Shown here: piece after piece, positions 39,106 to 53,919 of the stretch
How the letters are laid out: the number at the start of each line of letters is the position of its first letter
Position numbering within the stretch: the stretch's first letter is position 1
Notes under the pieces: model-generated
Database searches by the model: none
Seen by the model: the letters and a program-made list of their open reading frames with translations, nothing else
What the model was told of the DNA's origin: nothing
Made by a program: the position numbers and the translations under genes
Assembly (NCBI RefSeq): GCF_018977255.1
Contig: NW_024704742.1
Span: 116,996,001 to 117,060,000, forward strand
DNA length: 64,000 bases
Origin: Callorhinchus milii
Lineage: Eukaryota
Reading direction: 5' to 3'

Positions 39106-40139
39106 TTAGTGTCTCACAACGCATTGTCAATGCTCAGCCCTCGTTTTCTCACCCTTACATCCTGCTATAATAAATTAGAAATCTGCCATCATGCTGGGAG
39201 ATTCATTCCATTAAATCCATTCAGTTCAATACATTTCAGGACATTGCTTATTTTGTTTAGAAAGGAGGAATTGTAGTTTGTGTTGTAAGCCTAATTAGAT
39301 TTGGTTTCCTTTTAAAATGTAATCTTATTTAAATGTAAATGATAAAAGTACTAAATCTATCAGCCATGATATAATAGACATTCATCTTTAACCCCAGAGT
39401 GTTGGCAGGTCATGGATGAGACTCCTGTCAGTTGTTGGGATGCTCATCTCATCCTCCACCCAATATATTACTGTAAAAAAGCAATCAAATATCAGCAATA
39501 GCTTCAATACTGTGCCATCAATCATATTACAGTAAATTAAATATAGCACATAATCTACTGGGTGAACTGAGTGAAGATGGGGTGATGAGTTTGTAGAGCC
39601 TAGTGAGGGAGAAGATATGGGATTCAGAGTTCTGCATAATCTGCAGTTTGTCTATTTTTTCAATACTATAATGTTACCTCTTTTCTATTGTGTCCGCCTG
39701 GTTCAGCTGGTAGAAATCTGGTGATAATTATAACTACTTTACAATACATTCTGTAAAGCCCTTTGAGATGTCCTCCTGATGCACTATAGCAAATGTGAGG
39801 ATTGTTAAAATAATTAGTATTATTATAACAATTCCCAAACCTTTCTGCATTAAGTCCTACCAATTGCCATTCTTCTTTCTTGCGGCCTCTACAGGCCATT
39901 TGGGAAAATGGAGATTAAATTTTATTTAAAAAAATCTATTTTCATTGGCTCTGAACTGACCTGTCAGATGGGATTGCACACAAATATAAATCAGAAGCCA
40001 ATAATTGATTCACATCACAGAAGTTAGTTAGTCCTTGAGTTTCCAGAGGAAATGAGGCCAAGGGTTGCGAACCCAAAAGCCATCTACAGAAACAAGGGAC
40101 AGCCCACAACCCAATGTAAATGCTTGTCAGTGGCCCACT

Positions 40140-40422
40140 ATGAATTAATGTGCAGGTGGATGTTAAAGATCCTATGTTATTAATTGAAAAGAGAAGGGAG
40201 TTTCTTCCAATGTCATGGCCAGCAATACCTTAGATAAAATAAATCTTTCACTCCAAGGCTGTTTGTGGGACATTGCTGTGCACAGATTGGCTGTTGCATT
40301 CACCCTCAAATCCAGTCATTACATTTAAAAAAAAGTAGAAAAAAATCCTGTGAAGCGCCTTGAGATATTCTGATGATGTGATAAAGCGCGATATCAAATC
40401 CAAGGATTTTTATTTATTATTA
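40140..40422 (+). mobile_element. DeuSINE-like fragment
   Basis: caggtggatgttaaagatcc...gagaagggagttt plus tail. Confidence 0.75.
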
Positions 40423-41204
40423 TCATTTTGCCATAGAAACAACTGGCCCATTTATTGGACCTAATTTTGTTTTCCAGTGTATAAAGCTCCCTGGTACGTG
40501 TCCTTTTTACATGAAGTTTCTGAAAAAAACACAAATAGAATGTACTATTATCACAAAAATGCTACTGGCTACATTTTTAAAAAAAAAGTAGTTATTAATC
40601 ATCACCAGCAAGCAGCTTAGCAATGAAAGCAAGCCGAGTGGATTAGCCGTGAATGACATTTCAAACAGCATAGCGTGGTTTCCTGAACAAATACAATCGT
40701 GACAAACAGCACTTCCACAGTTTTTATTTTGCAAAGGCAAACCATGATGGGGGAAGGGGAGGTCTGAGTCAATGATGATAGAAATCTGAGAACAATGCGG
40801 GAAGGAAATTAAAACTTTGAACTACTATAGGCCACTGTAGCATGACAGGGCATTTAATTTGAGATGATTCAAGCAGATGAGGAATGCATTTAGGAAGTGC
40901 AGGGTACTAATTATGGGTGTTTTAATTATCCCCAAATCAAAGTGAAATGTGGAAGATTGGTTATTTAACATGAGGGCTCATTTCATAAAGATAGCTCCAT
41001 TATAAGAGTGTTTATTTTTTAAAAATACTCATTTCAAATTTTATTTTCCACCACTCGTTTTAGTTCCCTTTAATAATAATAATAATATTACCATTAGTTC
41101 CCTTTATACCACATATGGTTGAGAAGGTCCATCTTATTGGGTGATTGGTAGTATGTGATTGAGGCCTACGGAAAAAGAAATCCTTACATTTGATTTAGCA
41201 GCTT

Positions 41205-41542
41205 CACAGAAATTACCCTAAAATGTTGTGACACTATTTTATAGACAAATACAGCAGCCAAATTGCACATAGAAATGGCCCACAAACAGCTATGAAGTGA
41301 ATAACAAATTTTATTTGTGGGATTTTTGGCCAGGACACCAAGAGAAACCCTCCCCCATCTTCTCTTTTGTATCATGGGATCCTTACTGATCAGGCAGATA
41401 GGACCTGGGTTTAAAGTCTCATTTGAAGGATGACACCTTGAACAAAGCAGCAAACACCCAGCACTGTATTGGAATGTCAGTCAGAAACTCACATTGTTGA
41501 GCTTTGAACCCACTCAGAGCTACCAACTGAGCCAGGCTGACC
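41205..41542 (-). mobile_element. DeuSINE-like element
   Basis: Head gtcagcctggctcagttggtagc plus Deu domain. Confidence 0.75.
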
Positions 41543-41614
41543 CCTTGGATTCATTTGCCCTATTTACTTTCATGCTTCCCTGATGGCCCAAATAAGATCA
41601 GAAGGTCACTTTTT

Positions 41615-42002
41615 GCAGATTGTCACTTCAGTAGAGAAAACAATTTGGTTTGGTTAGTCTCCTCTTCAATGCTATTGGAGTGCCAGTTCTTGGAGTTTGT
41701 GGCTGATTAACAATTTGAATGGGAAGCAGCCGGGATATTGACAGCATGGCAGCTTAGTGGTAGTGACAAATTAAGACACAGTTAAGTTATCCAGCGTTTA
41801 CTGTATATCAAATGTAAAGATTAGTATTTTATTTTTCATTAATTATTCAGACTCACCCTCTGCAGCACAGCCACCTGTTGATACATCTTCTTAAGGCCCT
41901 CCCAGAACCTGTCTTCCTTGAAGCAGATTGTCACTGCAGTAGAGAAAAACAATTTAGTTTGGTTAGTTTCCTCTTCAATGCTATTGGAGTGTCAATTCTT
42001 GG
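41615..42002 (+). repeat. Direct duplication of about 80 bp (41615-41693 / 41923-42002)
   Basis: gcagattgtcact...cctcttcaatgctattggagtg...ttcttgg occurs twice. Confidence 0.85.
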
Positions 42003-42154
42003 CATTATGATAAAACTTTATTTTAAATCGGGAATCCTATTGAGCTGCACCATTGCAGCCTATTTTTTAATATAAATAGTAACAAAATTGCAGTATTTCA
42101 TAAAATAATACTTGTGCTACATTAATGGTTGTTCCTATCCCCATATTTCCAAAG

Positions 42155-42567
42155 TAATGATAATAATCCTTGCATTTGATATAATGCCTAATTACGTTAT
42201 CAAAACAGGATATACTGTGAAATGTATTTTTGTGAGTGAAACACAGCAGCCAGTTTGCGCACAGCCATAGAAATCGCCATGGAATGAATGACCAATTTTA
42301 TTTGGGGGATTGTTGGCCAGTGCACCAGGAGAAACTCCCTTCTCTTTTCAAATAGTGCCTTGGAATCTTCAACATCCACCTGAACAGGCAGCAGGGACCT
42401 TGGTTTAATATCTCATCTGAAGGACGTCACCTCTGACAATGCGACATACCACAGGCGGTGCATCAGACTGTTAGGTTAGACTATGTGATCCCAAATCCTG
42501 ACGTGAAACTTGCACCCACAATTTTCTGACTCAGAGACAAGAGTGCAACCACTGAGCCAGGCTGACA
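42155..42567 (-). mobile_element. Full-length DeuSINE-like (SacSINE1-like) element
   Basis: tRNA-like head gtcagcctggctcagtgg, Deu domain, shared SINE tail. Confidence 0.82.
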
Positions 42568-43763
42568 CACAAAATATTGTAGGGAGTAGAGAGACGGAAA
42601 TAAGCAGCTCAAAAAAAAGTTTTGGTGCTTTTGGAACAAATAGAAAGGTGGATTCTGCGGCACTTTGATACACTCTCGGCATTGGGTGCAAATCAAACCA
42701 AAATCCATTCCCCAAGTGCTTGGGTGTTGCAGTGGATGCACCAAGGATTTTAGTGGGACATTTTTTGTTGTTAGTTAAAAAGCTGATAATGCAGACAGTC
42801 CTTTAATAATTTTTGTAACAAGACGTGTATCTGATGTTGGTGAATGTATTTGTACATTAAGCAGATTTGCTGAACCCTGATATTGGCTGACAATTTTATA
42901 ACAGATACAACCTTTGCCTCCCCTCTTTGACCCCATTCAATGTGAAAAGCAATTGGAAATATACATTAGGCTTTTTACCCTCATTTACTCCACTGTTGGA
43001 AGAGATATTGCTTTGCTTCCAGCAGTGTGAACCGGAATAAAATGTGGGTGAAGGTTTCACAGCAAATGAGCCTTCTTTGAATTTAAACATCAATCATATT
43101 TTTAAATTGATATCTTCAGCACATTTCTAAAGTTGGCTGGTGTAATGCAAGAGAAAAAATGCATTGCAGATGTCTGCTGGATTCAGCCTGTAGGATTACA
43201 GTATTGTGTGACAAGCATGATAGTATTATAAAGCTCTTTTGAGCAGCTTTTTACTAGTTTGAATATTACTATAAAATTGTATTTTTACCCTTCTATAAAT
43301 GAACTAAATATACCGTGCAAATTTATTCGGGCAGTACCTTGGATCCTTTATTCTTGATGCAGTGGCAATTAGTGCCACTGTCAGTATTCATCCTTTCTTT
43401 GCAGTGCTGATATAACATGGCACATTACAGAGCACATTGTACAATGCAGCACAATGCTGCAGGGTTTCTGCACCATACACCAAAGCCATTGATGGCTCCT
43501 GATATTCTGCTGAAGTTTGCAGATAGCATTGTTAATACGGATGGATTGGTTGTTGACTTTGAAGTGATCTGTGTCATCCCAGATGCACTAAAACGAAGAT
43601 GATGCACATTACGAGGAAATATTGGAAGCGTCCTCCCATGGCCAAGATCAACATTTTCCCCTGCGGCACAAGCTATTAGCTCTCTGTCATGGGTAAATCC
43701 CTCTCAGCAAGAGGAGGCGGAACCAACTCCAGTGCCAGAAACATCACATTCTATTGTACTTTG

Positions 43764-44133
43764 TAATAATAATAATCCTTGCATTTGATATGGCGCTTTA
43801 TCACATCTTCGAGAAGTCTCAAAGCACTTCACCAGAATATACTGTAAAGTCAATTGACTGTATATTTTGTAGGATAAACCGGCAGCCAATTACGAACAGC
43901 ATTGTCCCACAAACAGTCATTATTATCAATTTTTATATATTTTATTTGAAGGGATTATTATCCCTGGAAGTGCGATCTGCCAATCGACTAACAACCGGAT
44001 TCCTACTTACTGTTAGGTAAACAGAGATGGGTGGAGCAAGAAAACTTGCCTAATGTTTTGCCCTGCCAGGAATTGAACCCAGGTTCTCTCACTTGTGAGG
44101 TGAGTGCTCTAACCACTGAGCTACAGGAGTCCA
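43764..44133 (-). mobile_element. tRNA SINE, long form
   Basis: Family match. Confidence 0.88.
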
Positions 44134-44938
44134 CAATAGTTTTAATACAACACAATTATTCACTAAACATATGTTGAACATTCTTGTCGAGGTCTCTCAA
44201 ATAATAAACCTTGCATTTGATATAGTGCCTACATCACCGATTAGCACCTGTAGCGCCTATTATTACGTTGTCAAAGTCTCAAAGCACTTCACAGGATTTA
44301 CTGTAAAATGTAATGACTGTGTATTTGTAAGCAAAATACATCTGAACCAAAGAAGAGGAGAGGGGTGGCGGAGTCCATGAAATGCACATCTGAGCAGTTT
44401 TGATCCATTAAATATCGATTGCAACACTAAATAAACCCCACTGTTAAGCATGTCCTATACTATAATTGATAATAATTCATAATAAGTTCTGAACAGATTA
44501 TATATGTTTCTCACGGCTTTATGTAATTATTTTGATTTGTATTCATTTAGCAATTCTGGATCAAAGAAGTGACTTGCTCCCATCATAATGGCTACATTTT
44601 CCATTTGCTGTTTATGTTCACATCTGCCTCTTGCTATTTTGGTCACATCTGCCTCCTTTCATTAGATTCCTTACTGGTAATCATGCGAGGTGTCCATTAT
44701 CCAAATGTCTAATTATTTGATTCTAAAAGTACCCAAATAAGACGAGGCTGAAAATTGTAATTAAAAATTAACTGGTGACCATCATCATTTCATTAAATGT
44801 AAACTTTATAACCCTTTATATCATATAAAGCATATGATATCACACAAAATATGGCATTATTTTGCATTCAGTAAGATACCATCTGAAATGATAAGGCTTT
44901 TATATAAATTCAAGTGCTTCTAAAACAGTGATATATGT

Positions 44939-45257
44939 AATAATAATAATAATAATCCTTGCATTTGATATAGCGCTTTTCACGTCTTCTCGACGTCTCA
45001 AAGCGCTTCACAGAATATGCTGTAAAATGAATTGACCGTATATTTGTGGGCTAAACGCAGCAGCCAATTGCACACAGCAGTGTCCCACAAACAGTCGTGG
45101 ATTGAAAATGACCAATTTATTATTGTTTTGTTTTGGAGGGATTATTATTAGACGTGTGGAGTAAGGAAACTTGCCCAAGGTTTCGCCCTGCCTGGAAATG
45201 AACCCAGGTGTCTCGCTTGCAAGGTGAGTGCTCTAACCACTGAGCTACAGGACTCCA
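44939..45257 (-). mobile_element. tRNA-Ala SINE, short form, full length
   Basis: Family match; abuts the RBM8A retrocopy in the same orientation. Confidence 0.93.
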
Positions 45258-45637
<380 letters not shown>

Positions 45638-45904
45638 TCATATAAATAGAGATTTTCACACTCCCATTGTTAAAATTGCCCTGATGTTTTGTAGAGCAAT
45701 TTTACCAGTGGAGAAGGGCAAAAGACATAACAGAAACAACAACAGCAACAAAATTATATTTATAGAGTGCCTTTCATGTCGGGAGGATGTCCCAACTGTT
45801 AGTTGTTTTCTGATCCAGAAAACATAACTGTTAGCTGTCTAATTGCTTAATGTCTTGCTCTTCCCTTCCCAAGTAATGAATTGGTTTCACTGCCAGTTAC
45901 TTGT

Positions 45905-45985
45905 AGACAGATAGATCGATAGATAGATAGATACATAGATACATAGATACATACATACATACATAGATAGAATTACATACATAGA
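45905..45985. repeat. (AGAT)n/(ACAT)n microsatellite
   Basis: Visible tetranucleotide repeats. Confidence 0.9.
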
Positions 45986-46003
45986 GCATTACTGCAAGGA
46001 ATA

Positions 46004-46371
46004 AAAATAATAATCTTTCATTTGATATAGTGCCTTATCATGTCTTCGAGATGTCTCAAAGCACTTCACAGTATATACTGTAAAATGAATTGACTGTATA
46101 TTTTGTGGGCGAAACATGGCAGCCAAATTTGCAAGGCAGTGTCACACAAACAGTTGTGGATTGAGTGTCCAAATTTTTTTTTTTTTAATGAATGATTACC
46201 CCTGGAAAAGCAATCCGCCAATCGACTAACGACTGGGTTCCTATTTACTGCTAGATAAACAAAGGCATGTGAAGTAAGGAAACTTGCCCAGTATTTCGCC
46301 CAACCGAGAATCGAACCCAGGTCTCTCGCCTGCGAGGCAAGTGCTCTAACAACTGAGCTACAAGATTCCAC
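46004..46371 (-). mobile_element. tRNA SINE, long form
   Basis: Family match. Confidence 0.88.
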
Positions 46372-47749
46372 TGAGCTCCAGGAACGTATGAACTGAATGG
46401 GCAAATGTAACACATGCCATGCAAAGTGATACCACGAATAACACATGTAAAAACCCATGTAGTAAGAATGTATTGAAAATAAGCATTTTGCAACAAATTC
46501 ACCAAACGTTCAGCAGGAAAGTAGTTAATAATTTGTTTAAGTTCACAGACTGAGAGGAACTACTTTAGACTCATGGTGTTGGGTTTTCATTTTTTCTGAA
46601 GTGTTTTCTAATTTTTCTTATGGTTGAGTCAGAGTGGGCGGGGTGGGGGGTGGGGGGAAGTGTGTACATCTCTTACACATCTGGGTACTTCTATTTGATA
46701 TGCAACAAATCTCTTAAGGCTTCAATGCAGTGCTCCTCTTGTATTGCACTATCAACTAAGTTTGACTGACATGCAAGAAGAGAGACATGACCTGAATAAT
46801 ATGTAAGATGATCTGATCAGAAACTAAATACATTTCTTTTACATAATTAACCAAGCTGAGCCCATGCAGATGATATTCCCAGTGAACATATCTAGATCTA
46901 AAACTGCCTCTAAAATCTTTATCAGATAATTTGAAATACATCATGTATGCATTTTGTTCCCATGGTGAAGTTATAACATTTCACGCTTTCTCTTTATTGG
47001 ATTTATGAAATATGTTCCTTTTTCCCTTTCACAATATCAGATATTTATGCTTCTATTGTGTGAGTCACCAGTTAGACTTGGGAAATGATGCTGGTCCCAT
47101 TCATAATGTGCAGTCTGCAGACTCAGTCACTTAAATCAATGCCGTCAGCATTCTGATTCAGCCTTTTTAATCTAATGCGAGGCTGACCACTGTATTCAAT
47201 CAAAGTGCCCAGCGACACAATAATAGCCCTGTTTGCTTTTCATTTGAACATTGTTTACTGCGCTGATGCCCCCAGACAGATAAGATTACCTCAAGTTCAG
47301 ACCTTTACAAGTTACTAAAAATGCTAAAAATAAACAAAATCTGCCCTCTTTAAAGCTATACGTCAATTTAAATAAAAACTCTGTCCTCTCAGAGGGATTG
47401 AATATTAATATTAATAATAATAATACTAAATGTTTATTTTATGAACAGATCCACAAAAATGATTCATTAATTAATAAATAATTATTGTATTTGATGTAGC
47501 ACCTTCTGTGTCAGGAGGTGGTCGCAAAGGGCTTCATAGAATTTACAGTTTGACCACCAGCTTTCCTTTCTCCCTCTTATCTGATCCCTCAAAGAAGACT
47601 GTCTTCCTTCAACTCTCCTACATTACCCATCTCTGAAAATTGATCCAACATGAGGGAGAAGGGAATAGCGGGATATAGGAAAGGGCCTTGTATGGAGTAT
47701 AAACACCGGCATGGACTAGTTGAGCTAAATTACCTGTTTCCATGAACTA

Positions 47750-48170
47750 TAGAACCATAACAACTTACAGCTCAGAATGATGGCATTGGGGCCATCATTT
47801 CTGTGCTTACATTTTTAAGAGCAACCTTTTGAGACTCATTTACCTGCCATTTCCTATATCCTTGTAGTTTACTCCCTTTTAGATATTTATCTAATATGGA
47901 ATCTGCATCAACCACCACTCTAGGCTGGGACCTCTATATCCTAACTGCTCCATGCATGAAAAATATTCTCCTAAGCGCCCCATTTGTTGTTTACTAACTA
48001 TCTTAAATTGATGCTTTTGCGTCACTGACTCACTGACCAGTGGAAATAATTTCTCCCCATAGACTCTATCAATCCCCTCCCCCATAATTTTAAAGACCGT
48101 AATCAGATCACTCCTCAATCTTGTTTATTCCGATGGAAAAAGTCCCAGTTCCTCCAGCCTCTGCTCATGG
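47750..48170 (-). mobile_element. CR1 3' fragment
   Basis: LRSDLITVFKIM...DRVYGEKLFPLV translation. Confidence 0.82.
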
Positions 48171-48956
48171 TCCAAACACTCATCCTTGATATTAGCCCGT
48201 GCTCTAATGTGATATGTAATTCTGTGCAGTTTTATGAAAAAGATAAAGCAGTAGTTCTACTTTTAGGGGGAGTTTCAAGTAAGTTTGTTTTGCCAGTGAT
48301 AATGGCAAAAGAAATATTATTTATGTATTTAATTGTGCTTGACAGAAATTATATTGTGCAATGTTTGGAGGATCTTAATTGTGCAAATGGCTGTTGCATT
48401 TGCCTGTAAAACAGTAACTAAACTTGACAATAATCACTTGTCAAGCGCTTTGAGATGTTTTGACATGATAAGACATTATACAATTGTAAGTTCCCATTTA
48501 TTTTAGCAATGGTATGAATGAAAAAATGCTAATTAATTGCGAGTGTGTCTCTGATTTGTGTAATAAATAATAAAAAGCATTGTAATTGATGTAGTGGTTT
48601 AGAGTGGCATTGAAATTTTCAAAGGACTTGGATCAACTTGTTGGATCAAGTTTTAAAATCCTTATTAAGGGAGATCTCACAGACCACCTGTGTGAGAAAT
48701 AGAACACATGACCTATAAGGACTCTACCAACGCAAGAAGACTGGCACTCCACTTGGAATCTCGTCTGCTCAACTTCTATATCCAATGATGTTTCATCACC
48801 CAACCAACCCAGCAGCTACCTCCGCTAAGCGATCACTGGCCTACCTCACGTCCCCCACCTACCCACCCTCTCATCGGCGGTCAGGCTTTCAAGCCTCGTC
48901 TACCTCCCCTCTCTCGAACTCCGTCTCTCTGACTCGCCACTTCCCTTGTTGCCTTC

Positions 48957-49325
48957 AAGGTCAAGAATGAAGGACTTCAGTTATGAGGAGAGGCTAGAGA
49001 AGTTAGGATTATTCTCCTTGGAGCAGAGAAGGTTAAGAGGAGACTTAAGAGAAGTTTTCAAAATTATGAGGGGATTCGATAGGGTGAACAAGGAGAAACT
49101 ATTTCCACCGGTGGGTGGGTCGGTAACCCGAGGACACCGATTTTAAATAGTTGTTAAAAGAAATGGAGGGGAGGTGAGGAGAAATTGTTTCAAGCACCGA
49201 GTTTTTCAGATCTGGAATGCATTGCCTGAAAGGGTGGTGGAAGCCGATTCGATAACAACTTTTAAGAGAGAAGTAGATAATTATTTGGGGAGGACAAGTT
49301 TGCAGGGCTATGGGGAGACAGCGCA
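48957..49325 (+). mobile_element. CR1 ORF2 C-terminal fragment
   Basis: [36 protein letters not shown]...TRGH. Confidence 0.92.
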
Positions 49326-52300
49326 GAGTGTGTTCAGTGTATTGGGATGTCCTCTTGACATGAAAGGCGCTACATAAATGTAAATTTGTATTCTATTGTA
49401 TATCCTACAGTCAACTTATTTATCAATAGTAAGAGCTACTTATTATTTTTTACCACCTTGCCAATTGAGGCAATCAAGGATTATTTTCATCCTACTGCGC
49501 ACCAATGTTTACCCTTTTTTATTAAAAAAATACTGTTGCCCAAAAACAAATAAAATCCCGTGAGCATGCTATTCAAAATATATCAGACCCAGCAGAGAGA
49601 TAAAAAAACATAATACATTCTTTTAAGATTTTTTTTCATATAGAACAATCATCGGCTTATTGACAGAAAGCCTTCAGGTCAAAGAAAGTTACTTGGGAAA
49701 AAGGGAGCGAGAGATTCTATTGCAGGAGCTTGCAGTCTGCACTCATCTGTTGCTCGCCCCTAGCGTACTGAGGATGATGGGTAAGTCATCACAGGTCATC
49801 CATTGTCAAAAATATTTGCTATTGTAAATGAAAGTTCTTCAGCTTTATGAAAGAAGGAGCCTTCGTAATTGCTTTTAACCTTTTGGATTTAGGTTCTAGT
49901 TATCAATGCTGGAACCAGCAGAGTTGACTGAAATGTGGTAAGTGACAAGAATAAGTTATATGTGATAAATGACAAGACATGAAAGTTATAGCCTGGTTTA
50001 AGGGTTTAAGGATTTCTCCACATGCAATTTACTATGTCCAGTTATAAAGATCCTGTTTTAGTACAGGTTCGCTTAAAGCACTGGTGTCCATTGCTAACCA
50101 AGAATATGGAATACCTGGCTACCAGCATTGATTAACCAGCTCGCTGCTACATAATGGCCAACTTTTGGACTGTCAAGTTACCGCTTATGTCACCTCCTAT
50201 ACATTGTGTCCGTACCACATTATAGGATCTTGAATTGTGGGTTTTTGAATATTCTGCAACTATGTGCTCAGCTTTTGACCCCTCTGTAAAATGCATCAAA
50301 AGGCATGTTAATCTCAGCATGGCTGACTGGAAGGTGTCCATTCATTAATCTTGTTTCGGAGAGCATTGTCTTGCTTCCACAGTTGGTGCACCTACACCTT
50401 TGTTTTCAGAATATTTTGCAGTTGTTCAATGAAGGAGCGTGACTGCCTTGCACAAACTCAGTTCTCTAAGCCTATCGCTCAGCCCTGTGTCCTTGTGCTC
50501 TGCTCCGGTTGTAAAACAAATTGTTGTAACTTACATTATGAAGCCCATTAGCTCTGTAGGCAGAATAAATATAGTGTGTATTACGCATCTCCATTTTACT
50601 GTAGCCCAGAGCAGGAAAGTACTAAGTTTAATGCACAATATTGGAGAGTAGAGAAGAAACAAATAGTACTTGTTTTTTTATACACTCCAATATTTGCCAT
50701 TAAACTCACTCTTTGCCAGGAGGAAAACATAAACAAAGGAGGGTAGTACTCTGGAACATTCTTTCAATGACCAGAAAGTGCACCCTCATAAAGACAAGCT
50801 TCAACAGAGACTTATGTTTTGTTGCCCAGCAGCACATGAAACCATCCATTAATGTCAACGTAGAATCAGTAATTAGTTGGCTTGGGAATGTTGAAATGTT
50901 TTGCAAAGGCTATGGAGATAGCTCTTTTTCGAGCGCTGGGTATGGGGTGTTGCTCTAACTCCCCTCCCCCCCAAAAAAATTGTTTTTATATGGCTGTTTG
51001 TGCGATATTGCTGTGCACAATTGGACTACACATTCACCTACAAAATATACAGTCAATTCACTTTACAATGTATTCTGTGAAGCTCTTTGAGCCGTCTACA
51101 AGACTTGATAAGGCACTATACCAAATGCAATGATTATTATTATTATTAAATACACAGTCACTTCACTTCACAATAAATCCTGTGAAGCACTTTGGGTTGT
51201 CCTCCTGAGGTAAAAGGTGTTATACCAAATTCAAGAATTATTATTGACAAAACGAAAGAACGCGCATTTTTACAGTGATTTATTGTGTTGAAATATCTCA
51301 AAACTTTCCTGTCAAGTGAAGTAACTGTTATCATAGGCAATTGGAGCAGCCGTTTTACCAGCAAGGTCCCACAAACAGCTCTGAAATTAATAGCCAATTG
51401 ATCCCTAAGAATTTAAGAATCTGGAAGAAAATGCCTTTTTGTTTGAATGCAGTTGTGTCGATGGGGTCTTTAATATGCACCAAATGAATGACCAATTTCA
51501 GTTTGATGTCTCACCTGAAAGACAGCATCTCCAACTTTGTCTGCGCTGCAGTGGAATACCTGCCTATGAGCTTTATGAGTTCAAGGCCTGACAGGGGCTT
51601 TGACCCACAACTTCTGACTCATTGTGCTACTGATATAACTATGCTGCCATCAAGGCACTTAATGCAGTTATGCAGTAGGAATATATATTTATAGTCGACT
51701 ATAAATGTGATATATTGAGTGATGCAGAGCATCTGCATAGAACTGCAAACAGTGATACAGCATGGAAACAGACCATTCAGACAAACCAGTCCACAACAGT
51801 GCTTATACTCCACATAATACAAAAATACAAAGTTAATTTTGTATAGCACCTTTCACGTCGGGAGGACGTTGCAAGGCGCTAGCCCAGCCCCTCCTATTTC
51901 ACTCTCCCATATCCCTATATTGCCTTCTCCTGAATGTATGCAATATGTTTTGTCTTAAATCCAGCACCTTGGGACATCTTCCTGACGTGAAGGGTACTAT
52001 ACAAATGTAAATTTCTTGCTGTTGCTATCTATTGCTGTTATAAATACATTAATGCTATTTGATTCAACTACAGCTTCCAGTAGTGAGGTATCTTGTTATT
52101 ACTGGGAAATCATGATCACCCAATCAAATATTAGTTGAAATTATTCAATTTAATTCTCCTTGAGCAAGTATATGATATCTAACCTATGTCAATGAATGTG
52201 TCGCTGTAGTCTGATGGTATTACAGAGGGAAGGTCCTGTCCAAGCAAAGAGGAATACTATTCACAGAATGTTTGTTAATGTTTGTTTTTCTCCTTCAGAG

Positions 52301-52558
52301 AGCATTTGACTCCTTTTTCCCTCACCCTCTGGAATCTCGCTCTTTGGGTGGTTACACGGGCACAGATCCTCGGGTCTGTTTAAGCAGCTCTCTGTAGTCT
52401 TTGATTTCTTTAAGCACTCTGGGATTCTACCTGCATGAAGGGCGCCATATAAATGCACGATGATGATGTTGTTGTTGTTGATGATGCCCCTGGGTTGGGT
52501 GAAGTTGGTATCTTCCTGATGTGTTTGATGTCTTCAGTGTCAGGTGAAGTCGCTGCAA

Positions 52559-52652
52559 TCTCTCTCTCTCTCTCTCTGATCTTTGCTATCCTCACGGTAA
52601 GTCAGAGTCTTTCTCTATGTGATCTTCAATATTCTAGGGTCAGTAAAACCAA

Positions 52653-52695
<43 letters not shown>

Positions 52696-52746
52696 TCTGT
52701 CTCTCTGAGTCTCTGTCTCATTCTCTCTCTCTCTGTCTCTCTCTCT
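52559..52746. repeat. (TC)n microsatellite blocks
   Basis: Visible dinucleotide repeats. Confidence 0.9.
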
Positions 52747-53047
52747 GATCTTCGATCTCTGCATGTGGGGTAAAATGATATGTAAACTTCTATCTGTCAG
52801 ATTTTCCAGAACTGGTTTTAAAATAGAAGCTATGCGTATCTGGATGCCATGATTTTGAGTTGATATCAAAATGCAAGGAATATTATAATTATCCTCATTT
52901 TTTGAGGTTGTCAACTGTTATCAAGTGTTGTCTTGCTCCACACAGCTTTGTCAGTAATGGCAGCTGATTTGTGTTATCTGCTCTTTCCCTCAACCTTTTA
53001 TATTTTGGGATTGATTTTATTATTTTCTTTCTCTTTTACCTTTGCAG

Positions 53048-53156
53048 ACTTTCTGAACATTATCGGAATGCCAATGGGAGAGATCAAAATGTCACCATCA
53101 CTGGAGCCTTTGTGAAAAGCAAAATAAAAGACCAGTTTGTCAGTTATTTGTACAAG
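53048..53156 (+). other. Candidate internal exon, unidentified gene
   Basis: Strong acceptor ttttctttctcttttacctttgcag; one open frame LSEHYRNANGRDQNVTITGAFVKSKIKDQFVSYLYK; weak donor AAG|GTTCCT. Confidence 0.35.
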
Positions 53157-53919
53157 GTTCCTCTTTCAATGTGAATTATCTTACATTTATCCACACCAAA
53201 ACTATTTGCCATTCCATATCCACTTAATGTTCCCCTAATATTGTTCATTTCTCTTATACTTACCACCTGCCTACATAATAACTTTGCAATTTCATGACAT
53301 GATAAAAATTACCCTCTTTCATGTCACGATGAATAATTTGAACAGCAGGGGACACAGATAAGACCCCCGTGGAACTGTATGAGTCATTGCACCAGTGTAA
53401 AGCATTTCTGCTTTTTTAATGTGATCCTCTTCATTCAATTTCACTTGCAAGAGTTTACCGAGGGAGCTGTAGTTTCGTGTGCTATTTTGCTATGCTAGTT
53501 ATTTAGAACAAGCTAGTTCCATTTCTATGGATCAGCTCACAGTTGATTTGAAGCTATTCAATTGTCTTTATCATCCTTCTGCTCAAGGCTAGTAAGATGT
53601 CACAGCTACTTGCATTGGTGTAGCTCTGTGGTAGGCTAGCTTACTGCAAAGCTAGACTGATACTCTGCATAGTTATGCATAGAGGTGGATTTTCATACTT
53701 AAAGTTGTACAAATGTCTATCTTTTAAAATGCTCTGTTATATTTCAAGGAAATTGGTAGAAACATTTGTTAGTGTCTGCATCATGTTCAAATTGCCGTCA
53801 GCTATTGTGGTGACCTCCTGTCATTATTGCAATAGTCAGAGCAGAGTGTGGGTGAATACCAATATCTATTGCTCTGTGGTGACAAGGATTCTAGTATTGG
53901 GCTGAGAATTACTATGAAA

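Noticed and set aside
43417..43607. Overlapping 60-aa ORFs on both strands
   Set aside because: No recognisable domain; length within chance expectation
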